A stretch of DNA of 64,000 bases from a virus (IMGVR_UViG_3300025534_000213:65576-129575), one strand, 5' to 3'; counted from the stretch's first letter, positions 9,212 through 19,578 are shown. Numbers and translations are program-made. Notes: generated from the letters alone by a model not told the origin.

Positions 9212-10245
9212 CCGGAGGAGCCTGCGTCGAAAAAACTTGCCGGATTGAACTCCACCTCGGTCTGCCATTCATGCGAGCAGGAGCGGCATCGCACGGTGAG
9301 CTTCTTGTCGATGCCGCCGTCGTCGAGTTCGCGGACCTTGGTCTCGATCTTCTCCACCCACGGCTTCGGGGTATTCGCGAGGAACTCGGCGATGTAGCCG
9401 CGCGCGGCGACCTCGGCGGCGGGCGTGACGATCTTCACCACGCAACTCGCCAGCATGTCCAGATTCAGCCGCGTCACCCGCTCCATGGCCTGACTCATGT
9501 GCTGGGTGCGCTGCTCGACGGTCACCTTGTCGCCCTCCGCCTCCAACGCCTGCAACTTGCGGGCCTCGTCATAGGATGCGAGCGCCAGACGCGTCGCCGC
9601 GTCCACGGTGTGGGGCCGGACATAGACCACAACCTCATCGGACAGGCGCACCGGGTTCTCTGCCGGGATGGTTCGCATGGAGGAGAGGATCGACGGAATG
9701 TGGCAGTCGAACTCGTTCTCGGCGCCGCAGGACGGACAGTCGGCAGAGAGCGACATCATCTCGCCATAGGTGGCGGCACGGATCGCCAGCAGGATCACGT
9801 CGAGGTCCGGGGTGCTGACATGGCGCGGGGCCTTGATCGCAGGCACGCAGGATTCGATCAGCTTCTCGATGGCATAGCCGCTCATCAGCGCGTCCGGATT
9901 TTTCAGCAGCAATTCGTCCGCCGCCCGCATCGGCAGCACCGGTACATCGCCAGCGGCGGTCAGTTCGATGGCTCCCGGCGGTAGGAAGGCACCATTCGTC
10001 GGCAGCGTGACGTGCAGGCCGGGCAGGCGGAAGTAGCCCGCGAGGGGATTGCCGTTCGCGACCGGCGCGGGGGCCGGGGCCTGCTGGAACTGCTGCGGTG
10101 CGGCGGCGACGTGATGCATCGGGAACTGCTGCGGGGGCAGGTTGCGCATGGCAGCCTGCGGGCTCATCGCGGCGGCCGGATGCTGCGGCAGGCCGGGGAA
10201 CATCCGGGACTCGTCGAAATCGTCGTCGATGGGGCGATGCGTCAT
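9208..10245 (-). CDS. Baseplate hub subunit (T4 gp26-like)
   Basis: LPTNG, PMRAADELLL, DLDVILLAIRAATYG, two CxxC motifs; late promoter upstream. Confidence 0.8.
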   Translation of the reverse strand: MTHRPIDDDFDESRMFPGLPQHPAAAMSPQAAMRNLPPQQFPMHHVAAAPQQFQQAPAPAPVANGNPLAGYFRLPGLHVTLPTNGAFLPPGAIELTAAGDVPVLPMRAADELLLKNPDALMSGYAIEKLIESCVPAIKAPRHVSTPDLDVILLAIRAATYGEMMSLSADCPSCGAENEFDCHIPSILSSMRTIPAENPVRLSDEVVVYVRPHTVDAATRLALASYDEARKLQALEAEGDKVTVEQRTQHMSQAMERVTRLNLDMLASCVVKIVTPAAEVAARGYIAEFLANTPKPWVEKIETKVRELDDGGIDKKLTVRCRSCSHEWQTEVEFNPASFFDAGSSG

Positions 10246-10275
10246 CAAGGACACTCTCAAATGGCGTTATGTCCG

Positions 10276-10282
10276 TATTTAT
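10276..10282 (-). promoter_or_regulatory. Late promoter -10 element (ATAAATA)
   Basis: Upstream of the baseplate hub gene. Confidence 0.65.
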
Positions 10283-10334
10283 CCGCCCGAAAAGTACGGA
10301 CATAACCCCGATAAAATGCGGGGTTATCCGGCCG

Positions 10335-10341
10335 CTAAATA
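10335..10341 (+). promoter_or_regulatory. Late promoter -10 element (CTAAATA)
   Basis: Upstream of the tape-measure-like gene. Confidence 0.7.
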
Positions 10342-10368
10342 GTTTGAAGTCCTTTTGTCCCGAGAGCC

Positions 10369-13167
10369 ATGGCCGACACCGAAATTCACATGCAGGCGCT
10401 TTTGAAGGCCGTCAACGACATGAGCGCGTCGTTCAGCCGCTATGCCAAACTGGCGGAGCGCGGCCCGCGCCTGAAAAGCGGTGGGCAGAGCGGGCGCGAT
10501 CTTGCAGCGGCGCGGCTATCCGCCGACCTGTCCCGGATCAGCAAGGGCGCCAAGCTTGTCGAGGACTCGACGGCGCGGCTCACCAGCAAATTCTCCGTGC
10601 TCGCGGGATCGGCCGAAACCCTGAGCCGTAGCTTCGGCGGTATCATCACGAAGGTGCCGCTGCTGGGTGTAGCACTCGCGTCCCTGTACGACGGAGCTAA
10701 CGGGCTAAGCCGCACCTATTCCGAGATGATGGGCCGGGGCCAGTCCTTCGGCGGCTCCATGATCGAAATGGGCCGTCAGGCCGCTGCCTCGGGCCTGTCC
10801 TTGTCTGATTTCGCCGATATGGTGAAAACCCACGGTGCGGTCGTTGCCGCCTTGGGTGGCGCAGCGGGCGACGGCGCCATGCGGCTGGGCCAACTCCAGA
10901 AGGGCGTCCGCGACAACATCCGTGAGTTCGGCTTCCTCGGCTTGTCGCTCCGCGACATCAGTGAACTCTCCGGCGACTACGCCGAGACATTGCGGCGTCA
11001 GGGCGCCGCTGCCGACATGAACGCGGCCAAGGAAGCACGCAATATTGCGCAGTTCTCCGAGGAGATCACGCAATTCGCGGCGATGACCGGCACCAACCGC
11101 AGGCAGATCGCCAAGATGACCATGGACCTCCTGAAAGAGGGGACCATCGCCACGCGTCTCGCCATCAACGGCTCCGAGGATCAGCGTCGCGCCCTCGAAC
11201 GCTCCGTCGCCTTCTTTAGCTCCATGCCCGGTATCGCGGGCGAGATGCTCGGCAAGATGATCGGCCAGAGCTTCGCCAATGGCGGCGCCATCTTTACCGA
11301 GCAGGCGGAGACCTTCATTCAGGCGGGTGCCGGTGGCCTGCTCGGCGTCTTTGACGACATCCGCCGTCAGATCGAGACGGGGGCCGGGGCCAGCATCGAG
11401 GACCTGCAAGCCGCGCTCGACCGCATCCATCAGTTCGACGAGCAGAACCGGGTGTACCTGATGGTGCAGGCGCGCGCGGGCAACAGCAATGCCCAGCAGG
11501 TGCTCGCCATGCTGTCGCAGATGCGCAACATCACGGCCGAGGGTCTCGCCGAACAGATGGAGCGCGCCAAGCAGCAGGGCAAGATCACCTCCATCTTCTC
11601 CAAGCTTGAGGACGCCTTCACCAAGGTGTCGAGCAGCTTCCGCGAGGGTTTCCTTGGTGCATTCGAGGACCTCGTGGAGGGCGATTCCGGCAATGCCCTC
11701 AAGGAGGCCGTCGATAGGATCAGCGAGATCGTGAAAGCCTTGGGCTCGTCGCTCGGCGCATTCTTCGCGGGCATGTTCAAGGGCGATGGTCTGGGGAACA
11801 CCATCAAGACCATCAACGCCGTGGGCAGCGGGATGATTGGCGTGTTCTCGACCCTGAGCACCGTGATCAGTGCCTTGTCCCCGGTGTTTCGTGGCATCAT
11901 CGGGGTGGTCGGCACCGTGGCGACCATCTTCAACCGCCTGACGCAGCATCTCGGGCCTTTCGAGACCGGCCTCGTCGCGCTGGCTTCCTTCTTCGGCGGC
12001 AAAGTCCTGATCACCAAGGTCACGGAAGCCATCAGCAATATGTTCCGCCGCGTCCCGGCAATGAATGTCCACGCGGAGGTCATCAATGTGAACGGCTCCC
12101 GTCTCGGTGGCGGTCCCGACCTGCCTGCGCCCGGCGGCTCCGGTCGGCGGTCGATCCTCCGCCAGCGGGGAGCGGTCGGAAGAGCCGCCCGAAGTCTGGC
12201 GCGGGTGATGCCCCGGACCACGCGGGCGCTGGGCGCGGCAGGCAGCGCGGTATCGCATCTCGGGAGAGGGGCCATCGGGGGCCTTGGCGGCTTGGCCGCC
12301 ATGGGCGGTGGAATGCTTCTCAACCTGCTGCCCGACTTCGCGGGCAAGGGCGCGGCCCAGAGCATGTTGGACTATGGCGGCTTGGGAGCGATGATCGGGT
12401 CCGTCATCCCGGTCATCGGCACGGGCATCGGCGGCGCCATCGGTGCCGCCATTGGCCTCCTCAAGGCAAACTGGGACGAAATCGCGCCGCCCATTGGCGC
12501 CGCTTGGACTGCGCTCGGGACCTTCATCAGCGGCGCGGTGGACACGGTGAAGGGCTGGGCCGCGACGGTCGGCCAGTTCGTCTCCGACTGGAACCCGGTC
12601 AGCCTCGTCACCAACAACTGGTCCTCGATCACGGGTGCCGTTAGCAGCGGGCTCGGGACACTCGGAGGCTGGATCAGCGACGCGATGGACACCGTGACCG
12701 GCTGGGCCACATCCGTCCGTACATGGGCGTTCGACTCCACCCCGATGCAGGCCGTCATCGGCGTCTGGAATACAATCACGGGCGCGCTCGGCAGCTTCTT
12801 CTCCACCTTCAAGGGTTGGATCGACACCGTTGCCGGATGGGTCGGCGGCCTCGTGGAGACGGTCGGCAGCCTCACCGATGGCGTGCGCAACAGCCGCGTC
12901 GGACGCTGGCTCGGGATCGACAGCGGCCCCAGCCCGGCAGTCCCCGCACCGACCGCCCCACCAGCCGCCCCCGTGGCGCCCACCACGGCGCCCGCTGCCG
13001 CAGCCCCGCTGGCAGCGCAGGCGATCCCGAACAACATGCTCGCCAGCTTCCTCGAACAGCAACGCGAGCAGCTTGATCTCATCGCCCGGCTCATGGCGGA
13101 AAACAACCGTCTCGTGCGAGAGGGGAATCGCGTGGCAGTCCGGGCGGCCGACCCCGACCGTTCCTGA
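10369..13167 (+). CDS. Tape-measure-like tail/baseplate protein
   Basis: 932 aa, Ala/Gly-rich helical protein with Trp-spaced repeats and hydrophobic segments, between hub and portal genes. Confidence 0.7.
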   Translation: MADTEIHMQALLKAVNDMSASFSRYAKLAERGPRLKSGGQSGRDLAAARLSADLSRISKGAKLVEDSTARLTSKFSVLAGSAETLSRSFGGIITKVPLLGVALASLYDGANGLSRTYSEMMGRGQSFGGSMIEMGRQAAASGLSLSDFADMVKTHGAVVAALGGAAGDGAMRLGQLQKGVRDNIREFGFLGLSLRDISELSGDYAETLRRQGAAADMNAAKEARNIAQFSEEITQFAAMTGTNRRQIAKMTMDLLKEGTIATRLAINGSEDQRRALERSVAFFSSMPGIAGEMLGKMIGQSFANGGAIFTEQAETFIQAGAGGLLGVFDDIRRQIETGAGASIEDLQAALDRIHQFDEQNRVYLMVQARAGNSNAQQVLAMLSQMRNITAEGLAEQMERAKQQGKITSIFSKLEDAFTKVSSSFREGFLGAFEDLVEGDSGNALKEAVDRISEIVKALGSSLGAFFAGMFKGDGLGNTIKTINAVGSGMIGVFSTLSTVISALSPVFRGIIGVVGTVATIFNRLTQHLGPFETGLVALASFFGGKVLITKVTEAISNMFRRVPAMNVHAEVINVNGSRLGGGPDLPAPGGSGRRSILRQRGAVGRAARSLARVMPRTTRALGAAGSAVSHLGRGAIGGLGGLAAMGGGMLLNLLPDFAGKGAAQSMLDYGGLGAMIGSVIPVIGTGIGGAIGAAIGLLKANWDEIAPPIGAAWTALGTFISGAVDTVKGWAATVGQFVSDWNPVSLVTNNWSSITGAVSSGLGTLGGWISDAMDTVTGWATSVRTWAFDSTPMQAVIGVWNTITGALGSFFSTFKGWIDTVAGWVGGLVETVGSLTDGVRNSRVGRWLGIDSGPSPAVPAPTAPPAAPVAPTTAPAAAAPLAAQAIPNNMLASFLEQQREQLDLIARLMAENNRLVREGNRVAVRAADPDRS

Positions 13168-13207
13168 GGCTTTTCCGGGCCTCTCCGAGGCGTCTGCGCG
13201 GTCGTCG

Positions 13208-13214
13208 CTAAATA
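13208..13214 (+). promoter_or_regulatory. Late promoter -10 element (CTAAATA)
   Basis: Upstream of the portal gene. Confidence 0.7.
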
Positions 13215-13248
13215 ACGACGTATTTTACCGCGCAGGCATTTCGCATCT

Positions 13249-15057
13249 ATGTCTTGGAAGAAGCACTTTCGGGTGGTCAACAGCCCGGCGACCACCGTCG
13301 CCGCGACCCCGACAATCCCGACGGCCGATGAGCGGGCAAGCACCGGGACCTCGTCGAAGTACTCATCCTACCTCCCCGAGGTCTACTCGGGCCACCCGAA
13401 CCGCATCCAGCGGTATTACCAGTATATGGAGATGGACCGGGACAGCGACATCAACGCCGCGCTCGACACCATCGCTGATTTTTGCACCCAGTCCGAGGAG
13501 CAGAGCGAGGAGCCGTTCCTCGTCCACTTCAACGACGAGGCCAACGAGACCGAGGTGCGCCTGCTCAAGACCGCCTTGGCGAAATGGGTCAAGGTCAACG
13601 ACTTCAAGTCGCGCCTCTGGCACATGTTCCGCAACACGATCCAGAACGGCGACGCCTTCTTCCTCCGCGACCCGGAAACCTTCGAATGGCTGTGGATCGA
13701 CCACTTCAACGTGGAGATGGTCAAGGTGGACGATTCGGCCGGTAAGAGGCCGGACGAGTACATCATTCGTGGCCTCGATTACGGCAAGCAAGCCAAGTTC
13801 GCGACCGCCGTCGCCGATCCGTCGCAGTACCGCACCCCCTATGGCGTCTCGCCCGTTGGTACCGCGCGCCCGATGGTTGTGGCGTCCCCCTCCCAGAGCG
13901 TGTTCAGCCTCGCAGGCAGCGTCAATGATCATCGCCAGCGCCAGATGATGGGGCAGGCCGCCGACCAGCTTTTCGTCGTGGACGCGAAGCACGTCGTCCA
14001 TCTGTCGCTGTCGAGCGGCATGGATATCAACTGGCCCTTCGGCCAATCGGTGCTGGAACCGGTTTTCAAGACGTACAAGCAAAAGGAGTTGCTTGAGGAC
14101 GCCATCATCATCTACCGGGTGCAGCGCGCGCCGGAGCGACGCATCTTCTACATCGACGTGGGCAACATGCCGCCCATGCGCGCCAAGGCCCATATCGAGC
14201 AGATCAAGAACGAAATCCACCAGCGGCGCATCCCCAACCGCACGGGTGGCGGCGCTTCGATCCTCGACGCTGGCTACAACCCGCTGAGCGTGCTTGAGGA
14301 CTACTTCTTCGCACAGTCCGCCGACGGGCGCGGATCGAAGGTGGAGACCCTGCCGGGCGGCGAGCAGGTCGGCGAGATCACCGACCTCCTGTTCTTCTCG
14401 CGCAAGCTGGCGCGCGGCCTGCGCATTCCGGCCTCCTACCTCTCGCTCGGCGACGACGAGGGCAACGGCGTGGCCTACAACGACGGCAAGCTCGGTCAGG
14501 CGTTGATTCAGGAGTTCCGCTTCAACAAGTACTGCATGAGGATTCAGAATCTCTTGGCCCCGGTTTTCGACCGGGAGTTCAAGCTGTTCCTGCAACGGAG
14601 CGGCATCGAGATCGACAACAACCTGTTCGAAATCCGGTTCGTGCCACCGCAGAGCTTCACCAAGTACCGCCAGATGGAAATCGACGCGCAGCAGGTGCAG
14701 GTCTATCAGGGCTTGGCCGATAACAAGAAACTCTCCGAGCGGTTCAAGCTCAAGCGGTTCCTCGGCCTCACCGAGGACGAGATCATCGAGAACGAACGCC
14801 TCTGGGCCGAGGAGAACGCCAGCAAGGTCAAGAAGCGGCTCGGCAGCAGTCCCGCCGAAAACACGCCCGAGGGCGACCTCGGCTCGGTCGGTATCCGCCC
14901 CACCACGGACGCCTTCGACCTCAACGCGCCACCCGAGGCGCCGCCGCCGGGCGAGGGTGGCCCGATACCGGATATGGGCGGCGACATGGGCGCGCCGCCG
15001 TCACCGGGCGGGGGCGCCACACCCCCACCGCCTCTACTGCCCGCACCGCCGGGGTGA
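13249..15057 (+). CDS. gp20: Portal protein (T4 gp20-like)
   Basis: EDAIIIYRVQRAPERRIFYIDVGNMP and EDYFF...GRGSKVETLPGG motifs; Pro-rich tail. Confidence 0.95.
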   Translation: MSWKKHFRVVNSPATTVAATPTIPTADERASTGTSSKYSSYLPEVYSGHPNRIQRYYQYMEMDRDSDINAALDTIADFCTQSEEQSEEPFLVHFNDEANETEVRLLKTALAKWVKVNDFKSRLWHMFRNTIQNGDAFFLRDPETFEWLWIDHFNVEMVKVDDSAGKRPDEYIIRGLDYGKQAKFATAVADPSQYRTPYGVSPVGTARPMVVASPSQSVFSLAGSVNDHRQRQMMGQAADQLFVVDAKHVVHLSLSSGMDINWPFGQSVLEPVFKTYKQKELLEDAIIIYRVQRAPERRIFYIDVGNMPPMRAKAHIEQIKNEIHQRRIPNRTGGGASILDAGYNPLSVLEDYFFAQSADGRGSKVETLPGGEQVGEITDLLFFSRKLARGLRIPASYLSLGDDEGNGVAYNDGKLGQALIQEFRFNKYCMRIQNLLAPVFDREFKLFLQRSGIEIDNNLFEIRFVPPQSFTKYRQMEIDAQQVQVYQGLADNKKLSERFKLKRFLGLTEDEIIENERLWAEENASKVKKRLGSSPAENTPEGDLGSVGIRPTTDAFDLNAPPEAPPPGEGGPIPDMGGDMGAPPSPGGGATPPPPLLPAPPG

Positions 15058-15121
15058 GGGGTGACATGGCTTCATGGGCCTGATATAATCCGGAAAACTG
15101 AACCGGATTATCGTCAAGCCC

Positions 15122-15535
15122 ATGAGCCACAAGCATTTGAGCAGGAACCAGATTTGGGAACTGCCGCCCGGCTTCTCGCTGCATGACTGGTCGCAGCCGC
15201 ATTTGCCGTGGCGGATCATTTTCCACAACATCGACATGTCCGGAGCGCGGGCCAAGGCCAAGTCGCATACCCTGACCCGGCCGGACGGCTCTGTCGTCAA
15301 CTTCACTTCCATTTTCCTGATCGCTCACGAAGCGTGGCGGGAGTTTTCAGAGCACCAGATTGCGCCATTGTGCCGGGAGGAGATAAGCATCCGAGGCACG
15401 CCCACGGTCTACTTCGCATCCAAGGAGGATGTGAGCCGCGTCATGCTGCTGCTGGCGACGCAGGTACAGGGGGTCCAGCACATCGACGATTTCCGGGCCT
15501 ATGGCGGCCGGGTCGTGCCCGTGCGGCACGGGTAG
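15122..15535 (+). CDS. Hypothetical protein with weak family motif
   Basis: VYFASKEDVSRVMLLL near the C-terminus. Confidence 0.7.
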   Translation: MSHKHLSRNQIWELPPGFSLHDWSQPHLPWRIIFHNIDMSGARAKAKSHTLTRPDGSVVNFTSIFLIAHEAWREFSEHQIAPLCREEISIRGTPTVYFASKEDVSRVMLLLATQVQGVQHIDDFRAYGGRVVPVRHG

Positions 15536-15558
15536 CCCCGCACAAGGTCCAGCCCCGC

Positions 15559-15565
15559 CTAAATA
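15559..15565 (+). promoter_or_regulatory. Late promoter -10 element (CTAAATA)
   Basis: Upstream of the small head-assembly gene. Confidence 0.65.
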
Positions 15566-15590
15566 CGGAACAACGAACAGGGTTCCGGCC

Positions 15591-15839
15591 GTGAAACTCT
15601 ACGAACTGAACGCCAAAGAGATCGAAACGGGTTACTATGACCCGAACGAGGACAAGATCGGTCAGCACCACCCCGGCAAGTCCCGGAGCAACCGCCTGTT
15701 CCTGCGCGACCTGAACCGCCTCAAGAAGATGCGTGCGCTCAAGAAGCTTGAGCGTCTCAAGCGCGAGGACCTCCTTGGCGTGATGTATTCCGACGAGGGC
15801 TCCGAGGCAGGCGGCTTCGGCGGCCCGCCGGGCTTCTGA
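15591..15839 (+). CDS. Small head-assembly / prohead-core-like protein
   Basis: GTG start, MKLYEL-type N-terminus, LRDLNRLKKMR motif, located in the head operon. Confidence 0.65.
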   Translation: MKLYELNAKEIETGYYDPNEDKIGQHHPGKSRSNRLFLRDLNRLKKMRALKKLERLKREDLLGVMYSDEGSEAGGFGGPPGF

Positions 15840-15842
15840 TCC

Positions 15843-16244
15843 TCAGTCGAGGAACTCCACCGACGCGAGGTCGGTCCAGCACCAGTAGCCGCCCGATCCA
15901 GCCCAGTGGACCGTGGGCTGGGAAATGTCGCCGTCCCTCACAGACCCGAGAAAGGCGTCATGCACGGTGACCTTATAGGCGCGGGTGAGGATGCGCCGCG
16001 AGCGATCCGAGGTGCTGCTGATCTTGGCGCCCGCCTTGATGCGGACCTTATCGCCGCGCCGGGGCAGGCGGTCCGTGAAGGGGCCGACACAAGGCAGTTC
16101 GGGGATGCCGTTCTTCTCCATCCACACGGCACATGCAATGGCCTCCTGCGCGGTGCGCCGCGCCTCAAAGGCCGATGCCGGGTTGGACTTCGCCTGCCGC
16201 TCGGCTTCCACCGCGATGTTCAACAGGCGCTCGGGAGTGAACAT
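15843..16244 (-). CDS. Hypothetical protein (SH3-like C-terminal part possible)
   Basis: AAGGAGG RBS and sigma70-like promoter upstream. Confidence 0.75.
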   Translation of the reverse strand: MFTPERLLNIAVEAERQAKSNPASAFEARRTAQEAIACAVWMEKNGIPELPCVGPFTDRLPRRGDKVRIKAGAKISSTSDRSRRILTRAYKVTVHDAFLGSVRDGDISQPTVHWAGSGGYWCWTDLASVEFLD

Positions 16245-16271
16245 CAAATGGCCTCCTTGCCTCTGAGCGCG

Positions 16272-16299
16272 ACCATACCATTCAATATGGTGCTGTCAA
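16272..16299 (-). promoter_or_regulatory. Sigma70-type (early) promoter
   Basis: TTGACA-16 nt-TATGGT. Confidence 0.7.
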
Positions 16300-16315
16300 C
16301 TAGTTTTCGTGGTTT

Positions 16316-16552
16316 CTAATCAAGGCGCCGCACGGCCACGCATCCCGGCAGCATGGCGAGCATCGCGGCCTCCGCTTCATGTCCGCGCGGGAGCGAGAGT
16401 ATCAGAATGTCGGGTTTGCCAAAGCGGGCATACCAATCGCGGCGATAGCGCGTCACGCCGCGCGCCGCCAGCATCTCCTCGATTTCGTCCATCACGGCCC
16501 CGTCCTCCGCGTCGTGCAGGACGACGATGGACCCCCATTGCTGCCCGTCCAT
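16316..16552 (-). CDS. Hypothetical protein with weak family motif
   Basis: HEAEAAMLAML near the C-terminus; GTAAATA at 16558-16564 upstream. Confidence 0.65.
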   Translation of the reverse strand: MDGQQWGSIVVLHDAEDGAVMDEIEEMLAARGVTRYRRDWYARFGKPDILILSLPRGHEAEAAMLAMLPGCVAVRRLD

Positions 16553-16646
16553 GACCGTATTTACGGCCCGTCCGCATCGGATTGCGGGCACGGAAATCGA
16601 AATTCGGGGTTTTTGGACCTTTTCGGCGGCCTCCCAAACGCACTCG

Positions 16647-16653
16647 CTAAATA
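16647..16653 (+). promoter_or_regulatory. Late promoter -10 element (CTAAATA)
   Basis: Heads the core-protease-scaffold-capsid operon. Confidence 0.75.
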
Positions 16654-16702
16654 CGCACGACGCTTAACCCGTCTGTAGCACCGATTTTGGGAGAATTTGA
16701 TT

Positions 16703-17656
16703 ATGCGGTCCATTCTTGAGAAGGCGATTGTCCACCTTCTGAACGAGGAGCAGGACAAGGCCGAGGCGCTGTTCCACAAGTTCATGGTCGAGCGCGCTCG
16801 CCAGATTCACGAATCCCTGCGTCAGGGCGAGGAAGTCGTTCTGAACGAAGGCTGGGACGACGAGATTACCACCGAGGAGTACTTCACCGAGGCCGATCTC
16901 GACGACGCGGAAGATGCCGATGTCGATGGTGAGGGTGATGCGGCGGTCAAGGACGATGCCGCGACCATTGCCGACGATCTGGCCGGTGATGCGGAGGCCC
17001 CGGAGGCCGAGAGCGATCTGGGCGACGAAGCCGAGGGCGAGGTTGAGGAGCGCCTGAGCGATATCGAGGACGAGATCGCGAAGTTGACCGCCGAGTTCGA
17101 GGCGCTGATGTCCGAGATCGACGGCGATCATCCGGATGCCGAGGGCGACGACGCCGTTGATGGCGGCGCCGAGGACGATCTGGGCGATGCCGAGGACACC
17201 GATGTGTCCGCCGAGGGTGGCGACGAGGTCGCGGCTGACACCGCCGAGGCTCCGGCTGGCGACGAGTTCGCGGCCGATAAGGACGGTGAGGAAGTTCAGG
17301 AGGACGACGAGTTCGACGACCTCGACGAGATCACCGAGAGCGTGATCGCCGAGCTTGAGAAGGTTGCCGTGTCGCTTGAGAACGACGGCAAGGAAGTCGG
17401 CGACGGCAAGACCGTGACGCAGAACAGCAAGTCCGTGCTGCCGACCAGCAAGGCGAACGTCAACGACGCGAAGCCCGTCACCGTGAAGTCCGACAAGCAC
17501 GAGGGCTTCGAGCGCGAACCGGCGCCTGCCGTGAAGCCGATGCCGAAGCGCAAGAACAACAAGGCCAAGGCCGAGGATGGTCGTTCGACCGTTCCCGCCG
17601 AAGGCGACAAGTCGGCCGTCCTCAACAAGGACTTCGCGGACAAGACCCAGAAGTAA
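16703..17656 (+). CDS. Acidic prohead core protein (gp67/gp68-like position)
   Basis: Highly Asp/Glu-rich; directly upstream of the protease. Confidence 0.75.
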   Translation: MRSILEKAIVHLLNEEQDKAEALFHKFMVERARQIHESLRQGEEVVLNEGWDDEITTEEYFTEADLDDAEDADVDGEGDAAVKDDAATIADDLAGDAEAPEAESDLGDEAEGEVEERLSDIEDEIAKLTAEFEALMSEIDGDHPDAEGDDAVDGGAEDDLGDAEDTDVSAEGGDEVAADTAEAPAGDEFAADKDGEEVQEDDEFDDLDEITESVIAELEKVAVSLENDGKEVGDGKTVTQNSKSVLPTSKANVNDAKPVTVKSDKHEGFEREPAPAVKPMPKRKNNKAKAEDGRSTVPAEGDKSAVLNKDFADKTQK

Positions 17657-17683
17657 GCCGCGCGGTTCGGGGACAACGCCATC

Positions 17684-18316
17684 ATGACCATGCTCACCGA
17701 ATGGCAGTCTTTCGATCAGGCTCGGGTGGTTGTTGAAGCCTCCGAGCCTGCGAAGGACGGCAGCAAGTCGCTCTACATGAAGGGCATCTTCATTCAGGGC
17801 GGCGTGCGCAATCACAATGAGCGCATCTACCCGGTCTCGGAGATCGAGAACGCCGTGTCTCGCATCAACGAGATTCTCAAGCGCGGTGAGAGTGTCCTTG
17901 GCGAGTGCGACCACCCCGAGGAGCTTACCATCAATCTCGACCGTGTTTCGCACATGATTACCCAGATGTGGATGGATGGCTCGGCCGGTATGGGGAAGCT
18001 CAAGATTCTCCCCACGCCGATGGGCAACATCATCCGGACGCTGATCGAGAGCGATGTAAAGCTCGGCGTGTCGAGCCGTGGTGTGGGCAATGTCGATGAA
18101 CGCGGTATCGTCTCGCAGTTCGAGATCATCACCGTTGATATCGTGGCACGGCCCTCCGCGCCCGACGCATACCCGAAACCCGTGTACGAGGCGCTGAACA
18201 CGCGGCGTGGCCGCGTGATCGCCGATCTCGCAGAAGCCGTGTCGCACGACCCGAAGGCACAGAAGTACCTCCACAAGGAACTTCTTGAGGCCATTCGGAA
18301 ACTGAATTCGATTTGA
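17684..18316 (+). CDS. gp21: Prohead protease (T4 gp21-like)
   Basis: GIFIQG..RNHNERIYP, LGECDHP, LGVSSRGVG, DIVARPSAPDA. Confidence 0.95.
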   Translation: MTMLTEWQSFDQARVVVEASEPAKDGSKSLYMKGIFIQGGVRNHNERIYPVSEIENAVSRINEILKRGESVLGECDHPEELTINLDRVSHMITQMWMDGSAGMGKLKILPTPMGNIIRTLIESDVKLGVSSRGVGNVDERGIVSQFEIITVDIVARPSAPDAYPKPVYEALNTRRGRVIADLAEAVSHDPKAQKYLHKELLEAIRKLNSI

Positions 18317-18330
18317 GAGGATTGGTTTCG

Positions 18331-19578
18331 ATGGATACCATTGCCAAGCTTCTGCCTGAGGGTCTGCTCCCTGCCGAGCTTACCACCCAGTTGCAGGAAG
18401 CTTTCGACAAGAAGGTTGCCGAGGCCCGTGAGCAGGCGGAAGTCGCCGTCCGTGAGGAACTGGCGGCCCGCTACGAGCACGACAAGGCCATCATGGTGGA
18501 AGCCATGGACCGCATGATCACCGATGTGGTCCAGAAGCACGAGGCTGAAAAGGTGGCTGCCGTCGAGCAGTTTGTGGAGGCGCGCGACGCCTTCCGCAAG
18601 GCGCTCAAGGAGTGCCGCCGTGAGCTTCGCACCAAGCTGTCCGAGAACATGAAGGCCACCCGCGCCTTCGTGACCGAGCAGCTTACCAAGGAAATCGTCA
18701 AGCTGCGCGAGCAGAAGAAGGCGCTGGTCGCCGAGAAGCTGGCTACCGCCGAGAAGCTCGCTCAGATGAAGGAGTCGCTGGCCGCCGAACAGGCTGCCCG
18801 GCTCGCCAAGATCGACGAGTTCGTGGTTCGTCAAGTCAGCAAGGAACTCAAGGAGTTCGCTGAGGACCACCGCGCTCTCGTTGAAACTCGCGTCAAGCTC
18901 GTGGCCGAGAGCCGCAAGCGTCTGCGCGAGACCCAGAGCCGCTTCGTGAAGGAAGCCGCCCGGACCGTGGAGAAGGTCGTCACCGAGAGCCTCAAGCGCG
19001 AGATGACCCAGCTTCACGAGGACATCGAACGCAACCGCCAGAACATGTTCGGGCGGCGCATCTTCGAGGCCGTGGCTGCCGAGTTCATGACTTCGTATCT
19101 CGCCGAGGGCACCGAAATCCGCAAGCTCCAAAAGGTCCTTGAGGCCAAGGAGAAGGAAATCGCCGAAGCGAAGGCGAAGCTCGACGAAGCGGTGAAGGAA
19201 GGTCAGATCGCGCAGCGCCGCGCGAAGCTGGCCGAGGACCGCGCCGCCCGCAGCAAGGTGATGGGCGAACTGCTCAGCAACCTGCGCGGCGAAAAGCGGG
19301 CCGTCATGGAGGGAATGCTGGAGACCGTCAAGACTGAGGCGCTCCGCGAGACCTTCAACAAGCTGCTGCCGGTGGTGCTCGATGAGACCACGCGCAGGGC
19401 TCCCGCGCAGAACAAGACGGTCCTGAACGAACAGAACAAGCGTCCCGCCGCGAAGCCGACCACCGTGGTGACCGGTGACCAGCGTGCGAACCGCCTGTTC
19501 GAAGCGGCTCAGGCCGAGTCTGAAATCGACAACGAGATCGCGGAGGTCGTCCGGCTTGCAGGCATCGTGACGAAGTAA
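18331..19578 (+). CDS. Prohead scaffolding protein (gp22-like)
   Basis: Coiled coil ending VRLAGI; lies between protease and capsid. Confidence 0.85.
   Translation: MDTIAKLLPEGLLPAELTTQLQEAFDKKVAEAREQAEVAVREELAARYEHDKAIMVEAMDRMITDVVQKHEAEKVAAVEQFVEARDAFRKALKECRRELRTKLSENMKATRAFVTEQLTKEIVKLREQKKALVAEKLATAEKLAQMKESLAAEQAARLAKIDEFVVRQVSKELKEFAEDHRALVETRVKLVAESRKRLRETQSRFVKEAARTVEKVVTESLKREMTQLHEDIERNRQNMFGRRIFEAVAAEFMTSYLAEGTEIRKLQKVLEAKEKEIAEAKAKLDEAVKEGQIAQRRAKLAEDRAARSKVMGELLSNLRGEKRAVMEGMLETVKTEALRETFNKLLPVVLDETTRRAPAQNKTVLNEQNKRPAAKPTTVVTGDQRANRLFEAAQAESEIDNEIAEVVRLAGIVTK

Noticed and set aside
10705-13062. Long antisense ORFs (also 6438-8138, 17827-19596, 49985-51901, 60725-62683 and others)
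   Set aside because: Shadows of real genes caused by GC-rich codon bias; no motifs or RBS.
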